A stretch of DNA of 64,000 bases. It comes from an uncultured Thermoprotei archaeon (GTDB lineage Archaea > Thermoproteota > Thermoprotei > Thermofilales > B15-G2). A program made the position numbers and the translations under genes. The stretch is taken from contig CBDUKN010000009.1 in the NCBI GenBank assembly GCA_965367815.1, forward strand, positions 1 through 64,000, given 5' to 3'. Shown in pieces: positions 42,288-51,975 of this stretch (its first letter is position 1; every line of letters starts with the position of its first letter). A model generated the notes under the pieces. That model did not search any database, had not been told where the DNA came from, and worked only from the letters and a program-made list of their open reading frames with translations.

Positions 42288-43598
42288 TCAAGGATAATGC
42301 CACTCTTCAATTAACTCACACTGCTTCTCAAAATACTCTAGTCCTTCCCTCTCTTTCGGCTTTGTCAAGTGCCTATAGGCAGCTGGTGCTTGCTTAAATG
42401 GAATAAGTTGTTCTCTTAGAATCTCTTTGAATGAAGGCTGCTTAACGATGTATTTGCAACGTGGGCACTTGTATCCTACAGCCCTTCCTTTAGATTTCAT
42501 TTTCTCTCTGCAGAATGGACATAATGGAGGCACTCTGGTAAGTACTTCAGCCAACTCTATTCTTTGTATTTTTTCTACATTGAGCGTTAGTTTACCTTTT
42601 CTCACTTTCACTCCTCCAGAAAGTTCAACGTAATCATGTTTTCTGAGCTTTAACACCAATACATTTAATCGAGTCTTTCTGTAAAAAATACAGTCAATAG
42701 ACCCAGTACCATCACTTACTTCGATAACAACATGCCCACCTTTAATTACTACTGGCTCGCTTACTACTACGCCACTTATAGTTACAGAGTCGTAAGGCCT
42801 AACTTGAGAAATAGTCTTTCGCATGAAGAGGTGTATTTCTGTACACTGATTTGTTTTAAAAATCAGCCAGCGGTCAATTTTCTCTTCCACTTTAATTTCT
42901 TTCATAGCCTCTACTAGGAGCTGGGGAAAGTCACCTCTTATACCAAAGAGTACAGGATCAGGGCCGTGAGACAGTACTAGAGGTCTTTTTTTCCTATAGT
43001 CTATGTTAGCGTAAATATATGGCCTAAAAGCTCTATCTACTTTAAGTAAACTCTCATACTCCATTTTTCTAACCTTACCCCACATTGACCTCTCTCTGTA
43101 GGCTAGTAGCTCAAATGTATAGTCACTGAAATCTGCTTCATAAAAGCCTACAGCTGCCAATGCTCCTACAAGTCCTCTGCCTCGTCCAATATATCTGCAT
43201 TGGATATTATTTTTAGCGATAACTCGCTTAACGTAGTCTAGAGAAAGCACTTCATGCAGCGCTCTCATAGAAATAATTTTCACAATGCTAGGGATAGTCT
43301 CCTTAATGGCAACAAGTGCAGGTTCCGCCTTACCTAGTCCACTATAATTATCCATAATAGTGTTCCACACTAAGTCTACTACATCTTCTGGATCTTCACA
43401 TAATATTTTAATTGATACAGCAGCATTTCCTCTAGTTTTAAATGGAATATTAGGGTTTAATCTAATTAAATGAGGATAATCAACAAATGTCACTTTTTTA
43501 GACAATTTCTCAACTATGAGCGAACATATGTACGTTGTACAGCCTCCCTTGTAGTGGTCAGTGTCGTCAAATCCTATGTGTAGTAACACGCTACTCAA
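42288..43598 (-). CDS. tiaS: tRNA(Ile2) agmatinylcytidine synthetase
   Basis: GFDDTD..GGCTTY, RLNPNIPFKTRGNAA, GPDPVLFGIRG, OB fold, Zn ribbon, RHLTKP. Confidence 0.95.
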   Translation of the reverse strand: MSSVLLHIGFDDTDHYKGGCTTYICSLIVEKLSKKVTFVDYPHLIRLNPNIPFKTRGNAAVSIKILCEDPEDVVDLVWNTIMDNYSGLGKAEPALVAIKETIPSIVKIISMRALHEVLSLDYVKRVIAKNNIQCRYIGRGRGLVGALAAVGFYEADFSDYTFELLAYRERSMWGKVRKMEYESLLKVDRAFRPYIYANIDYRKKRPLVLSHGPDPVLFGIRGDFPQLLVEAMKEIKVEEKIDRWLIFKTNQCTEIHLFMRKTISQVRPYDSVTISGVVVSEPVVIKGGHVVIEVSDGTGSIDCIFYRKTRLNVLVLKLRKHDYVELSGGVKVRKGKLTLNVEKIQRIELAEVLTRVPPLCPFCREKMKSKGRAVGYKCPRCKYIVKQPSFKEILREQLIPFKQAPAAYRHLTKPKEREGLEYFEKQCELIEEWHYP

Positions 43599-43631
43599 AA
43601 TATTCTTAAGCTATACTGTATTAGTTTTTCG

Positions 43632-44486
43632 ATGTTGTACTTTGTAGGGCTAGGACTTTATAATTGCGAAGATCTATCAATAAGAGCCCTTAGAGTACTT
43701 AAAAAGTGTTCCAAAATATACGTTGACTTATATACGAGTATAGTACCTCAATTTACTTTATCTGAATTCGCCAATATTTTAGAAAAATCCTTAGGTAGCG
43801 AAATAGTCGGTGTTACAAGGAGAGAACTTGAAAACGATATCTTTGTTGAAAAAATACTCGAAGAGTCTTCTGAGAAAGATGTAGCAATAGTCGTTCCAGG
43901 AGACCCCTTTATAGCTACAACGCATCTATGGATTAGACTTGAAGCAGAAAAACGGAAAATTCCGACCGCTGTTATTCACTCTACATCTATTTTAACTGCA
44001 GCTATAAGTGAGACAGGGCTACATCCGTATAAATTCGGTAAGTGTGTTACAATAGTATATCCAGATCTGGAGAAAAACTTCATACCCTACTCTGTTTATG
44101 AAACCCTAGTGGATAATATTGGGCGAGGTTTACACACATTAATGCTTCTCGATTTAAGACTTGAAGAAAAAATAGCTATGACTATAGCCGACGCTATAAA
44201 TGTTTTAGAGTTACTCGAAGAAAAAATAGGTAAAGGAATAATATCATCAGAAACATTAGGTGTAGCACTCTCACGTATAGGTTCTCCTGATTCAAAAATA
44301 GTGGCAGGACCTTTATACAGCTTAAGGAAAATAAATTTAGGTCCTCCTCCTCACTCTCTTATTATACCTGGAGAACTGCATTTTACAGAAGAAGAAGCTT
44401 TAATAGTATTGGCTAAAGCTTCAATAGAGGCTGTGAGAACATGGAAAAAGAAAGTCAGAGACTTGAGAAATATATTAAATCATTAG
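43632..44486 (+). CDS. dph5: Diphthine synthase
   Basis: FVGLGL, YTS, GDPFIATTH, YKFGK, GLHTLMLLD. Confidence 0.95.
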   Translation: MLYFVGLGLYNCEDLSIRALRVLKKCSKIYVDLYTSIVPQFTLSEFANILEKSLGSEIVGVTRRELENDIFVEKILEESSEKDVAIVVPGDPFIATTHLWIRLEAEKRKIPTAVIHSTSILTAAISETGLHPYKFGKCVTIVYPDLEKNFIPYSVYETLVDNIGRGLHTLMLLDLRLEEKIAMTIADAINVLELLEEKIGKGIISSETLGVALSRIGSPDSKIVAGPLYSLRKINLGPPPHSLIIPGELHFTEEEALIVLAKASIEAVRTWKKKVRDLRNILNH

Positions 44487-45121
44487 AAAAGGTATTGAAA
44501 GATATTAAATACGATTCATCTGTAAGCGAAATAGTTCATTTAGCTAAGTGCTATACTGAAGACTCTAAGTATTATTATAGGCTAGGAGACTACTTCACCG
44601 CACTCTCCTGTATAGCTTATGCCGAAGGTCTTTTAGACGCTATTAGATTCTTGAAAAAAGCTGAATTCACTTGGCCTAAAGAAAAACCTTCAAAAGGAAA
44701 TAAAGTCCTAGTAGGAGGCGTTTTCGAAATACTACATCCTGGACACATATTCTTACTGAAGAATGCTAGCAAATATGGAAAGGTCATCGTCATAGTCGCC
44801 CGGGATAAAACAGTGCTTAAATTTAAAAAACGAAAGCCCGTAATTTCTGAAAACCAGAGATTAGAAGTAGTTAGCAACATTAAGTATGTATATAAGGCTA
44901 GACTAGGCGAAGAAGAATTTAATTTAAAGAAAATACTTTTAGAAGAAAAGCCAGACTACGTCATACTAGGCCCCGATCAAGAATTCTTAGAAGATAAACT
45001 CTTAGAAGAAATAAAAAGACTTAACCTTAACACAAAAGTAATAAGAATAAAAGATTTCTATAAGAAATACTCTCTCTGTAGCACAAGTAAAATAATAGAA
45101 AAAATTAAAAAAGAGCTTTAG
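44441..45121 (+). CDS. DUF357 domain fused to a RibL-like (FAD synthetase) cytidylyltransferase domain
   Basis: N-half Y..DSKYY...GD...AL....YAEGLLDA; C-half GGVFEILHPGH, VARD, LGPDQ, STSKI. Confidence 0.85.
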   Translation: MEKESQRLEKYIKSLEKVLKDIKYDSSVSEIVHLAKCYTEDSKYYYRLGDYFTALSCIAYAEGLLDAIRFLKKAEFTWPKEKPSKGNKVLVGGVFEILHPGHIFLLKNASKYGKVIVIVARDKTVLKFKKRKPVISENQRLEVVSNIKYVYKARLGEEEFNLKKILLEEKPDYVILGPDQEFLEDKLLEEIKRLNLNTKVIRIKDFYKKYSLCSTSKIIEKIKKEL

Positions 45122-45803
45122 TGCCTATAGCTTTCGAAGCTTTAGTAGCTTCTTCGTGCGCTTTCTGTAGAGGCACAGGCAGCCTGTACCTGTTAGTAAG
45201 ACACATTGAGGTTAGTTTGTAGGCTGTATCCAAGGATATTTTATGCCCTACACTGACAAAAATTCTTTTAGATTTAACATAAGCTCCTATGATCTTCCCC
45301 TTGTAGACTACTACAGGATACTCTTTATCGCTATTCTCCACTATTTCTCCACATAGAAGTTTTTTAGCTACGCCAATAGTAGGCTTATCTATTAGCACTC
45401 CTAGATGACATGCTATCCCGCAGAAATAAGGATGTATTCTACCCTGACCGTTTACAAAAACTACATCGGGCTCTAAGCTTAAAGAAAGATAGGCTTTATG
45501 CATAGGAAGAAGTTCTCTAAATGCAAGTAGCGTAGGCACATAAGGTACCTTTATCTCGAGTACAGCACACTTTACTTCAAGGACTTCTAGCGAAGGAAAA
45601 CTTAGAACACATGCTGCCGCAACTCCCCATTCAACTCCGTTGATTTTCTTATAGGCAACGTCGAGCCCACATATCTTCTTTATGTTTAATATTTCTATGA
45701 AGTCTTCCTCTACTACTCTCTCTGCAAAAAGCCTCTGTACAGCTCGCGCCTTAGGGACACTAAATGGAAGTTTTCCCGAGTTTTTCGAGGAGCTTTTTCG
45801 CAT
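45105..45803 (-). CDS. nfi: Endonuclease V family protein (third catalytic Asp replaced by Asn)
   Basis: GLDVAY, PYVPTLLAFRE, VNGQGRIHP, IGVAKK, FVSVGH. Confidence 0.92.
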   Translation of the reverse strand: MRKSSSKNSGKLPFSVPKARAVQRLFAERVVEEDFIEILNIKKICGLDVAYKKINGVEWGVAAACVLSFPSLEVLEVKCAVLEIKVPYVPTLLAFRELLPMHKAYLSLSLEPDVVFVNGQGRIHPYFCGIACHLGVLIDKPTIGVAKKLLCGEIVENSDKEYPVVVYKGKIIGAYVKSKRIFVSVGHKISLDTAYKLTSMCLTNRYRLPVPLQKAHEEATKASKAIGTKALF

Positions 45804-46404
45804 AGTCCTCTATTCTTTTTCTTTCGAGCGCTCTTAAATAATCGGCTATTGTTTCCTCGAGTATTCTACGCCCAATATCGCATTTTCTTCTAAGACCAGG
45901 TACAAGCGCGTCAGGAAAATGTATTTGACTTAATGCCGCGACTATATCGTTCATTACTTTAAGTAGTTTTTCAGCCCTCTCCAGGTCATCCTTTATCAGT
46001 GACGAAAGAACAGCTCTTCTAAGCTCTCCTACAACGTCTCCTAATCCACATAAGTAGGACTGAATAGGTACTTTAAGCTCTCTATATCCTTTGATGTCTT
46101 CTTTTCCTTGAAGAATTTTGTAAAATACAACAGCTTCAACATATTCTGCTAAGCAGTCAGAGACATAGCCTGCTTGAAAGAACTCGGGAAAGTTCTCACA
46201 TAACCTATTAAGTTCGTCGACTAAGTTCTTTAATTTTTCTATATTTTCTTTAGCTTCGCTAAAATTACCTATTTGCAGTGCATGTATAGCATTACTAGCA
46301 TTTCTTGTAATTTCTCTAGAGATTTTTATCAAGTTCTCTCTTATTTGGTCCTTAAAAGAAAGCTCTTTAATGCATTCCTCTACAAGCACTCTAAAAACCG
46401 ACAT
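45760..46404 (-). CDS. Translin/Trax-family protein
   Basis: RE.LIK.SREI, EYVEA, YLCGLGDVVGELRR, LRRKCD. Confidence 0.9.
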   Translation of the reverse strand: MSVFRVLVEECIKELSFKDQIRENLIKISREITRNASNAIHALQIGNFSEAKENIEKLKNLVDELNRLCENFPEFFQAGYVSDCLAEYVEAVVFYKILQGKEDIKGYRELKVPIQSYLCGLGDVVGELRRAVLSSLIKDDLERAEKLLKVMNDIVAALSQIHFPDALVPGLRRKCDIGRRILEETIADYLRALERKRIEDYAKKLLEKLGKTSI

Positions 46405-46487
46405 ATGCGTGAAACTACACGTCTCTTAAAAATTTTACCGCACAGTATCAAGGAAAAGCACTTAACCCTCTTTCATAACATTTACTC

Positions 46488-47408
46488 GTGTTGTCAGAGG
46501 AAGAAAAGCTTTACAGACGTGCAGGCGAAATAGCACACAAGGCGCTTGAATACGGAATTAAGTTGACTAAACCTGGTACTAAAATTCTTGAACTATGTGA
46601 AAAAATAGAGAAAAAGATAATAGAATTAGGAGGAAAACCTGCTTTTCCTGTAAATGTGTCAGTGAATAGTGTTGCTGCTCATTATACTTCACCACCTAAT
46701 GATAAGTCTGTAATACCAGATGACTCTCTCGTGAAGATAGACGTCGGAGTACATATAGATGGATGCATAGCAGACACTGCAATTACAGTAGCTCTAGGGA
46801 AAGCAGATGAAAACTTAATAATAGCTGCTGCTGAGGCCCTTCGTGCCGCCGAAGAAGCTATATCCCCTGAAGTTAACACTAAAGAACTAGGAGCAATAAT
46901 TGAAGAAACTATTAAAAAATACGGGTATAGACCTATAGCCAATTTATGTGGCCACCAAATCGAAAAATACAATCTCCACGCAGGTAAAGTCATCCCAAAT
47001 ATTAAAACACAAATAGGTTCTAAAATAGGTAAAAACACAGTATATGCTATAGAACCTTTCTCAACAAATGGTGCAGGATATGTAGTTGAATCGAACGAAG
47101 CACATATATTTAGATTAAATAGAGTAAGAAAAATAAGAAAAATAAAGCTACATAGAAAAACTTTCATACACGATATATACTCCACATGCCGTACATTACC
47201 ATTTGCTTTGAGGTGGTTTACTAATCTTTACTCTACGTTAGATCTTCTAGAAGAAGATATAAAAATGTTAATCGATAGAAAAATAGTGAGTAAGTATCCC
47301 GTATTAATTGAAGTAAAACAAGGCTTGGTAGCGCAAGCTGAAGATACAATAATGGTGTTGGAAAAGGATGTAATTAACTTAACTAATGCTTTAGACCTCT
47401 TAATGTAG
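46488..47408 (+). CDS. map: Methionine aminopeptidase type II
   Basis: AFPVN, AAHYT, KIDVGVHIDG.IADTA, NLCGH, AIEPF, AQAEDT. Confidence 0.96.
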   Translation: MLSEEEKLYRRAGEIAHKALEYGIKLTKPGTKILELCEKIEKKIIELGGKPAFPVNVSVNSVAAHYTSPPNDKSVIPDDSLVKIDVGVHIDGCIADTAITVALGKADENLIIAAAEALRAAEEAISPEVNTKELGAIIEETIKKYGYRPIANLCGHQIEKYNLHAGKVIPNIKTQIGSKIGKNTVYAIEPFSTNGAGYVVESNEAHIFRLNRVRKIRKIKLHRKTFIHDIYSTCRTLPFALRWFTNLYSTLDLLEEDIKMLIDRKIVSKYPVLIEVKQGLVAQAEDTIMVLEKDVINLTNALDLLM

Positions 47409-47465
47409 CTAAGAAAAGAAAATGTTAGTAGATAAAAATAAATTCGCTGAAGCGACGAGAGACAC

Positions 47466-47648
47466 ATGAGCGAAGAAGAAGTAAATAAAGACCTTCAAAG
47501 AGCTCTTGACAACATAGATGAAGCGATATACTTGCTTAGAGAAGTAGCTAAAATAGGAGAAAGTTATGCCGAAATGCTAGAAGATATTCTTTATCACCTA
47601 GAAGAAGCTGCCGAACAACTAGATACATTAATTTCCCGCAAAAGATAA
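47466..47648 (+). CDS. Small acidic helical hypothetical protein
   Basis: 60-aa ORF with coding-like composition filling the intergenic gap. Confidence 0.65.
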   Translation: MSEEEVNKDLQRALDNIDEAIYLLREVAKIGESYAEMLEDILYHLEEAAEQLDTLISRKR

Positions 47649-47651
47649 TAA

Positions 47652-48380
47652 CTATCTTCTTTCTTCATACAGTTTCTTTAATATGGGAATGTTTTTAATT
47701 TGCTCATCTTTAACTTCATCCCAGTATATACCTTCAGGTTTAGAGTACTTACCCTCTGTTTTAATTCGTTTGGTAGGAGTGAATACATAGTCTACTGGAA
47801 CATCGTGCCTAGTTACCGGAATATATTCAACTATTTGGATATCATGGACCGTAGTTACTATAGGAGTCTTCTCGTCTACAAGATTTAGTTCTCTCAGAAT
47901 AGCATATTCTAGGTCGCTATATCCTCCGCCTTTACCTAGCCGCGCCCCCTCTGTTGTAACAGCAACACTACCCGTGACTTTTACGTCGATATGATAAGGA
48001 GGAATCATAAACAATTTTCCATAAATAAAGGCCCCCCTTATAGTGGACGCTTCACGTTCACGACCAAGAGGAACATATTTGCGCTTAATTACCAAAAATC
48101 CTTTGCGCAGTCTAGGAGTTGCCATCACTAATACTTTACCAGCCCTTATTACAGCTTCCCTTATAGGTCTTTGAGGACTATCTGGACAGCAGAAAATAAC
48201 TTCAGCTTTTCTAAACAACTCACTCTCAATAAATCTTCTAGCAGCTAATTCATGTCCCTTAAAGTTAGGAATTCTACCATAAACCGGCCTAGGGAAAATA
48301 GCTATTCCTTTTTCTTCCATAAGCCTCCATATTCTCTTCCTTATCTCCTGCTTTATCTCAGAAATTTCCTCTACACTCAT
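47652..48380 (-). CDS. 5-formyltetrahydrofolate cyclo-ligase-like protein
   Basis: GRIPNFKG, PDSPQ, TPRLR, GSVAV..EGARLGKGGGYSDLEY, HDVPVD. Confidence 0.92.
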   Translation of the reverse strand: MSVEEISEIKQEIRKRIWRLMEEKGIAIFPRPVYGRIPNFKGHELAARRFIESELFRKAEVIFCCPDSPQRPIREAVIRAGKVLVMATPRLRKGFLVIKRKYVPLGREREASTIRGAFIYGKLFMIPPYHIDVKVTGSVAVTTEGARLGKGGGYSDLEYAILRELNLVDEKTPIVTTVHDIQIVEYIPVTRHDVPVDYVFTPTKRIKTEGKYSKPEGIYWDEVKDEQIKNIPILKKLYEERR

Positions 48381-48478
48381 CTAAACCACTCAACTAGACT
48401 AAATTCTAGTAAATAAAATCATTCACTAAAATTAACCTCGTCCACAAAGCTTATATCGAACCCAAGCAAAATACTCTC

Positions 48479-48563
48479 GCCGGGGTCGCCTAGCCTGGTT
48501 AGGGCGGAGGGTTGCTAACCCTCTGGCCGAAAGGCCGCGTGGGTTCAAATCCCACCCCCGGCG
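48479..48563 (+). tRNA. tRNA-Ser(GCT)
   Basis: GAGGG-TT-GCT-AA-CCCTC, GGCC-GAAA-GGCC variable arm. Confidence 0.96.
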
Positions 48564-48661
48564 CCTATTCTAGTAGACCTTTTACCTCACGAAAACATAT
48601 ACATTAACTTAAGAGATAAAATAGAGAAATGCTTATATACAGTTTCATGATAAGAGTTGAC

Positions 48662-48755
<94 letters not shown>

Positions 48756-48792
48756 TTTAAGAAAAAGAGATTTTTCTCCGATGTAAGTTTCC

Positions 48793-48829
48793 GGGTGTTG
48801 CCAAGTTAATGTGCCTGCAGGCAACGCCC
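48793..48829. repeat. Inverted repeat GGGTGTTGCC-N17-GGCAACGCCC
   Basis: 10-bp arms with one mismatch, directly upstream of the TTTATATA box of the integrase remnant. Confidence 0.8.
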
Positions 48830-48860
48830 TTTATATATGACTCTCTGATAATATCCCTGG

Positions 48861-49052
48861 ATGAAGGATTCTTGGAGAGACAGAGTAGACTTAGCTAAAA
48901 TAGACGACGAGACACGGTACCGGATACTCGACTACGTTTTAGCGAAAATAGGGTCGTACAGGGAGCTGGGCTGCGATTGAACCTACATCTACAGGCTGAA
49001 GACACGGAAGCCCAGAGTACCGGACAGCTTTCTGAAGAGGCTTCCCGAATAA
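48861..49052 (+). pseudogene. N-terminal fragment of an integrase homologous to 618-1901
   Basis: MKDSWRDRVDLAKIDDETRYRILDYVLAKIGSYRELGCD*TYIYRLK aligns with WRDQVDLSRIGEDDRRRIFDYVLTKVGYKQLGYDKSYLYRVK; in-frame TGA at 48978-48980; no catalytic domain. Confidence 0.9.
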
Positions 49053-49484
49053 GACCTCTGAGGCCACTTCACTGTGAGGGCTGGGAAAAAACACGGAGAA
49101 GCCTCAGGGCTCTCTGCTAGGCTTTACTCTGAGCACGTCTAAGAAGCCTTTATCGTGCAGTCGAGAGAGCAGCGCGTCAGCCTCCCTCCACTCGATCTTC
49201 ATCTCTCTTGAAAGAGAATTCACAGTGCAGAAACCCATTAAGGTGAGCTTAAGGTGCCTCTACTTCCTCTTCGCTCAGCTTCCTAAGCTGGGCGTTGATT
49301 CTCTGTGTGTCGGGAGTCTCCTGTAAAGTACCTGTAGAGGCTCCTGGAGATACTCTTCTCTCCTCCTTCTCCGTGAGCCTCCGCCTCCAAGAATCAAGTC
49401 CCTCTACCAGCAGCCTTATGGTTTAGTTCCTCGTTTTCTTTTCTCAGCTTGCTGAGTATTTTCTTGTACTGTACTATGAGAGCC

Positions 49485-49781
49485 CTATACTTTTCTTCCT
49501 GAGACCTCTTCTTGAGCCAGATCACCTGCCGCCACCTTTCTCCCGAGTATCTCTAGCCACGGGTTGTCCTGCACCCACGAAGGCAACTTGGGCTCCGAAG
49601 AGACCCCCGCTGCGGCGCCTTCTCTGCCGCGGAGGAAGTCCCTTATCTCGGCTAGGAGCCTGTTCTGCTCCTCTAGGAGCTGGTTCACTGCGGCTGCGAG
49701 CGAAAGCCCCCGTGTCCTCGCGTAGGCCTCGAGCCTCTCCTTAATGCTCCTAGAGACCTTGATAGTAGTATACTCAACCAC
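49485..49781 (-). CDS. RHH DNA-binding protein with an arcadin-2-like DNPW peptide
   Basis: YTTIKVS..IKERLE.YA...GLSL..AV..LL RHH pattern; LPSWVQDNPWLEILGRK; TTTTAA box upstream. Confidence 0.8.
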   Translation of the reverse strand: MVEYTTIKVSRSIKERLEAYARTRGLSLAAAVNQLLEEQNRLLAEIRDFLRGREGAAAGVSSEPKLPSWVQDNPWLEILGRKVAAGDLAQEEVSGRKV

Positions 49782-50112
49782 GGTAAAGGCTGTTGTTACT
49801 TAAAAGGTATATCGGAAGCATACCTGCTCTAGGAAGAAGAGTATGCCGTAAGTATACTGCTCAAAGTACTCTTCTAGGGTTCCGGGTCGGGGAGATAATT
49901 AAGGAGAGAGAGCCTGAGGCCCTCCTCCACTCTAGGAGGAGAGCGGTTCCCAGCAGGAGCACTGTACTATATGTAATGCTGACCTAGTGACACTAGGCTT
50001 CTTCGCACTCCACTGGGTTTACATGCTCACGAAACGAGCACTTCAAACAGCACAAACAACGATAGATATGCTTATATAGTGCTGGACATAGTGTTAGCGC
50101 AGGGAGCCCGGC

Positions 50113-50508
50113 ATGGACCCTACAACTGTTCCTCTACACATGTACTTCCTTCAGCGTTTGGTAATTTCAATCGCGTTCCTAATTCCCCTTATAGTAACTT
50201 GGTGGCTCAAGAGCACCCGTTTAAAGGACACTCCCCGCCCTCTTACCTACATTCTAATAGGTTTCGCTATAGGCTTCCTAGCTAATATTATCATAGGCCT
50301 TCTGGGGGCCTATGTTTTTAAACTACCATTACTTCCACTGCTACTATATCAAAAAGACCTACCTATGCAGTACCTCAGCCACATAGTATTTATTTACAAT
50401 ACTATATTTAATGTTGCATACGTGGCTTCGCTATTCGCATCACTCCTACTAGTAACATACGGAATGTATAAGTTAGCGCTATGGAGCTCAGATAAGAGAA
50501 CTCCGTAG
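50113..50508 (+). CDS. Membrane protein (3 TM segments)
   Basis: Hydrophobic helices; CTTATATA box upstream. Confidence 0.7.
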   Translation: MDPTTVPLHMYFLQRLVISIAFLIPLIVTWWLKSTRLKDTPRPLTYILIGFAIGFLANIIIGLLGAYVFKLPLLPLLLYQKDLPMQYLSHIVFIYNTIFNVAYVASLFASLLLVTYGMYKLALWSSDKRTP

Positions 50509-50943
50509 ATAGTTTCTTATTTAGCTCATTTAAAGAGACTAAGCCTACATCCTAGTTACAGGTATCCTCTTTACCTTACCAAGATCCTTGTTGTCTGAAA
50601 ACATGAAACCTTATATCTAACTTCTTAACAACTTACAATTAGGGATTTCAACAGGAACCTTTAACTATACTGTCACAGCGATAACATTATGATTTACATT
50701 CCACTTAGTGCTGCAGTGATTCAGAAAGTGCTCGCGATGGCTCTTAGTGAAGCCATAGAGCGTACTGTCACATTTTTTAACTTCTATGTAAGTTAGTATA
50801 AGCAAAACTAGCAAAGAATTTATAGAGAAGGGTGAGAGCAATGCCCAGAAACATCAACAAATAATCTATTTTCTCAAAACAATTCCTTTCTCTCAATATC
50901 TTTGCTCCCAGCTAACTTTCTGGTCTTTTAATTTCATACAGTG

Positions 50944-51090
50944 TTATCCCCTTTTTATACCCCAGTACCTTATTCTAGGATTTATTTTGCTCTCTTCAAC
51001 AGCTTGTATATCTTCGTCTTGCTTATACCACTCTTTATTGCTCCACCATGGATTAAGATCATTTAAGATTATCTCGAGACTGTTTTCTCG
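50944..51090 (-). pseudogene. Fragment resembling the N-terminus of AAA_14/DUF4143-type ATPases
   Basis: LEIILNDLNPWWSNKEWYKQDEDI then stop; the NPWW...D.D leader is typical of that family. Confidence 0.55.
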
Positions 51091-51369
51091 TCACTTTTTA
51101 CTTCTGAGTCTGCGTTCAAGCAATACCACCCTTCTGGAGTTAATGTCTACTTTTGCTCTAAGTTCATCTATAGCTAGCTCTAATTTCCTAACTTTCTTAT
51201 CTAGCTCTTCTAAGCTCGGGCGCCTTTTTCTACTATGAACATACTCTTTAAGAGCACAGAGTATTACGGCGTGAACAGTTAATCCCTCCTCCTCAGCTAT
51301 TTTTTGAAGACTCTTGTACAGTTCTTTAGGCATATTTACGGGATACCTTACTCTGCTCACACTAAACAT
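51091..51369 (-). CDS. Arc/RHH regulator with C-terminal coiled coil
   Basis: RYPVNMPKELYKSLQKIAEEEGLTVHAVI..ALKEYV + heptad repeats. Confidence 0.8.
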   Translation of the reverse strand: MFSVSRVRYPVNMPKELYKSLQKIAEEEGLTVHAVILCALKEYVHSRKRRPSLEELDKKVRKLELAIDELRAKVDINSRRVVLLERRLRSKK

Positions 51370-51546
51370 TTTATACTTAAAGTATAAAAATTTTATACTA
51401 AGAGACTAAAAAGATCTTGCTAAACAAGGAAATTCATTTTACCATAATTAGCTTCAGACAGAACGATCGCCTTTGCTTAGCTAAGCTCAGTTGCTTTAAC
51501 CAGAACAGGAAATTGTAGTGGTGTTCTGCAATGTGTCATTGCAGAT

Positions 51547-51611
51547 TCAATGCAGATCCCACTCCCTACATAATTTTTCTCATTAAGTTGATGTAGTGGG
51601 ATCTACATTGA
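51547..51611. repeat. Long imperfect inverted repeat with AT-rich spacer
   Basis: TCAATGCAGATCCCACT..CTACAT / ATGTAGTGGGATCTACATTGA. Confidence 0.75.
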
Positions 51612-51975
51612 TCGCTGACCCGAGGACACACAAACTCTCCTTCAGTTTTTTAGTTTCTATACCACTAGTCCCACTTTAGGTCTCACATCAATTATCTCTA
51701 GATTCTTGGACAGAGACCGCGCGCTATATGCTGAAACGCTGCGGCGCCAGCTCGGCTAGATTTACTGCTCGTATTATTTAAATCTTCTTATAAATATTTG
51801 ATGACATTAAGTTAAGTTTTGCTGTATATCTGTAGAACAGACTTTGCAAAATCTTAAACTTAACAGCGCCGAACAACCGCAAGGAAATGCGCCGCACGCT
51901 ACATAAATTTTTACAAAATACCGAAAAAGAGAAAAATAGCAGAAATTTTATAAAATATGATGTCCTTTACTTTCT

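Noticed and set aside
50690-50720. ATTTACATTCCACTTAGTG resembles a CRISPR repeat start
   Set aside because: Single copy, no regular spacing, no cas genes in the window.
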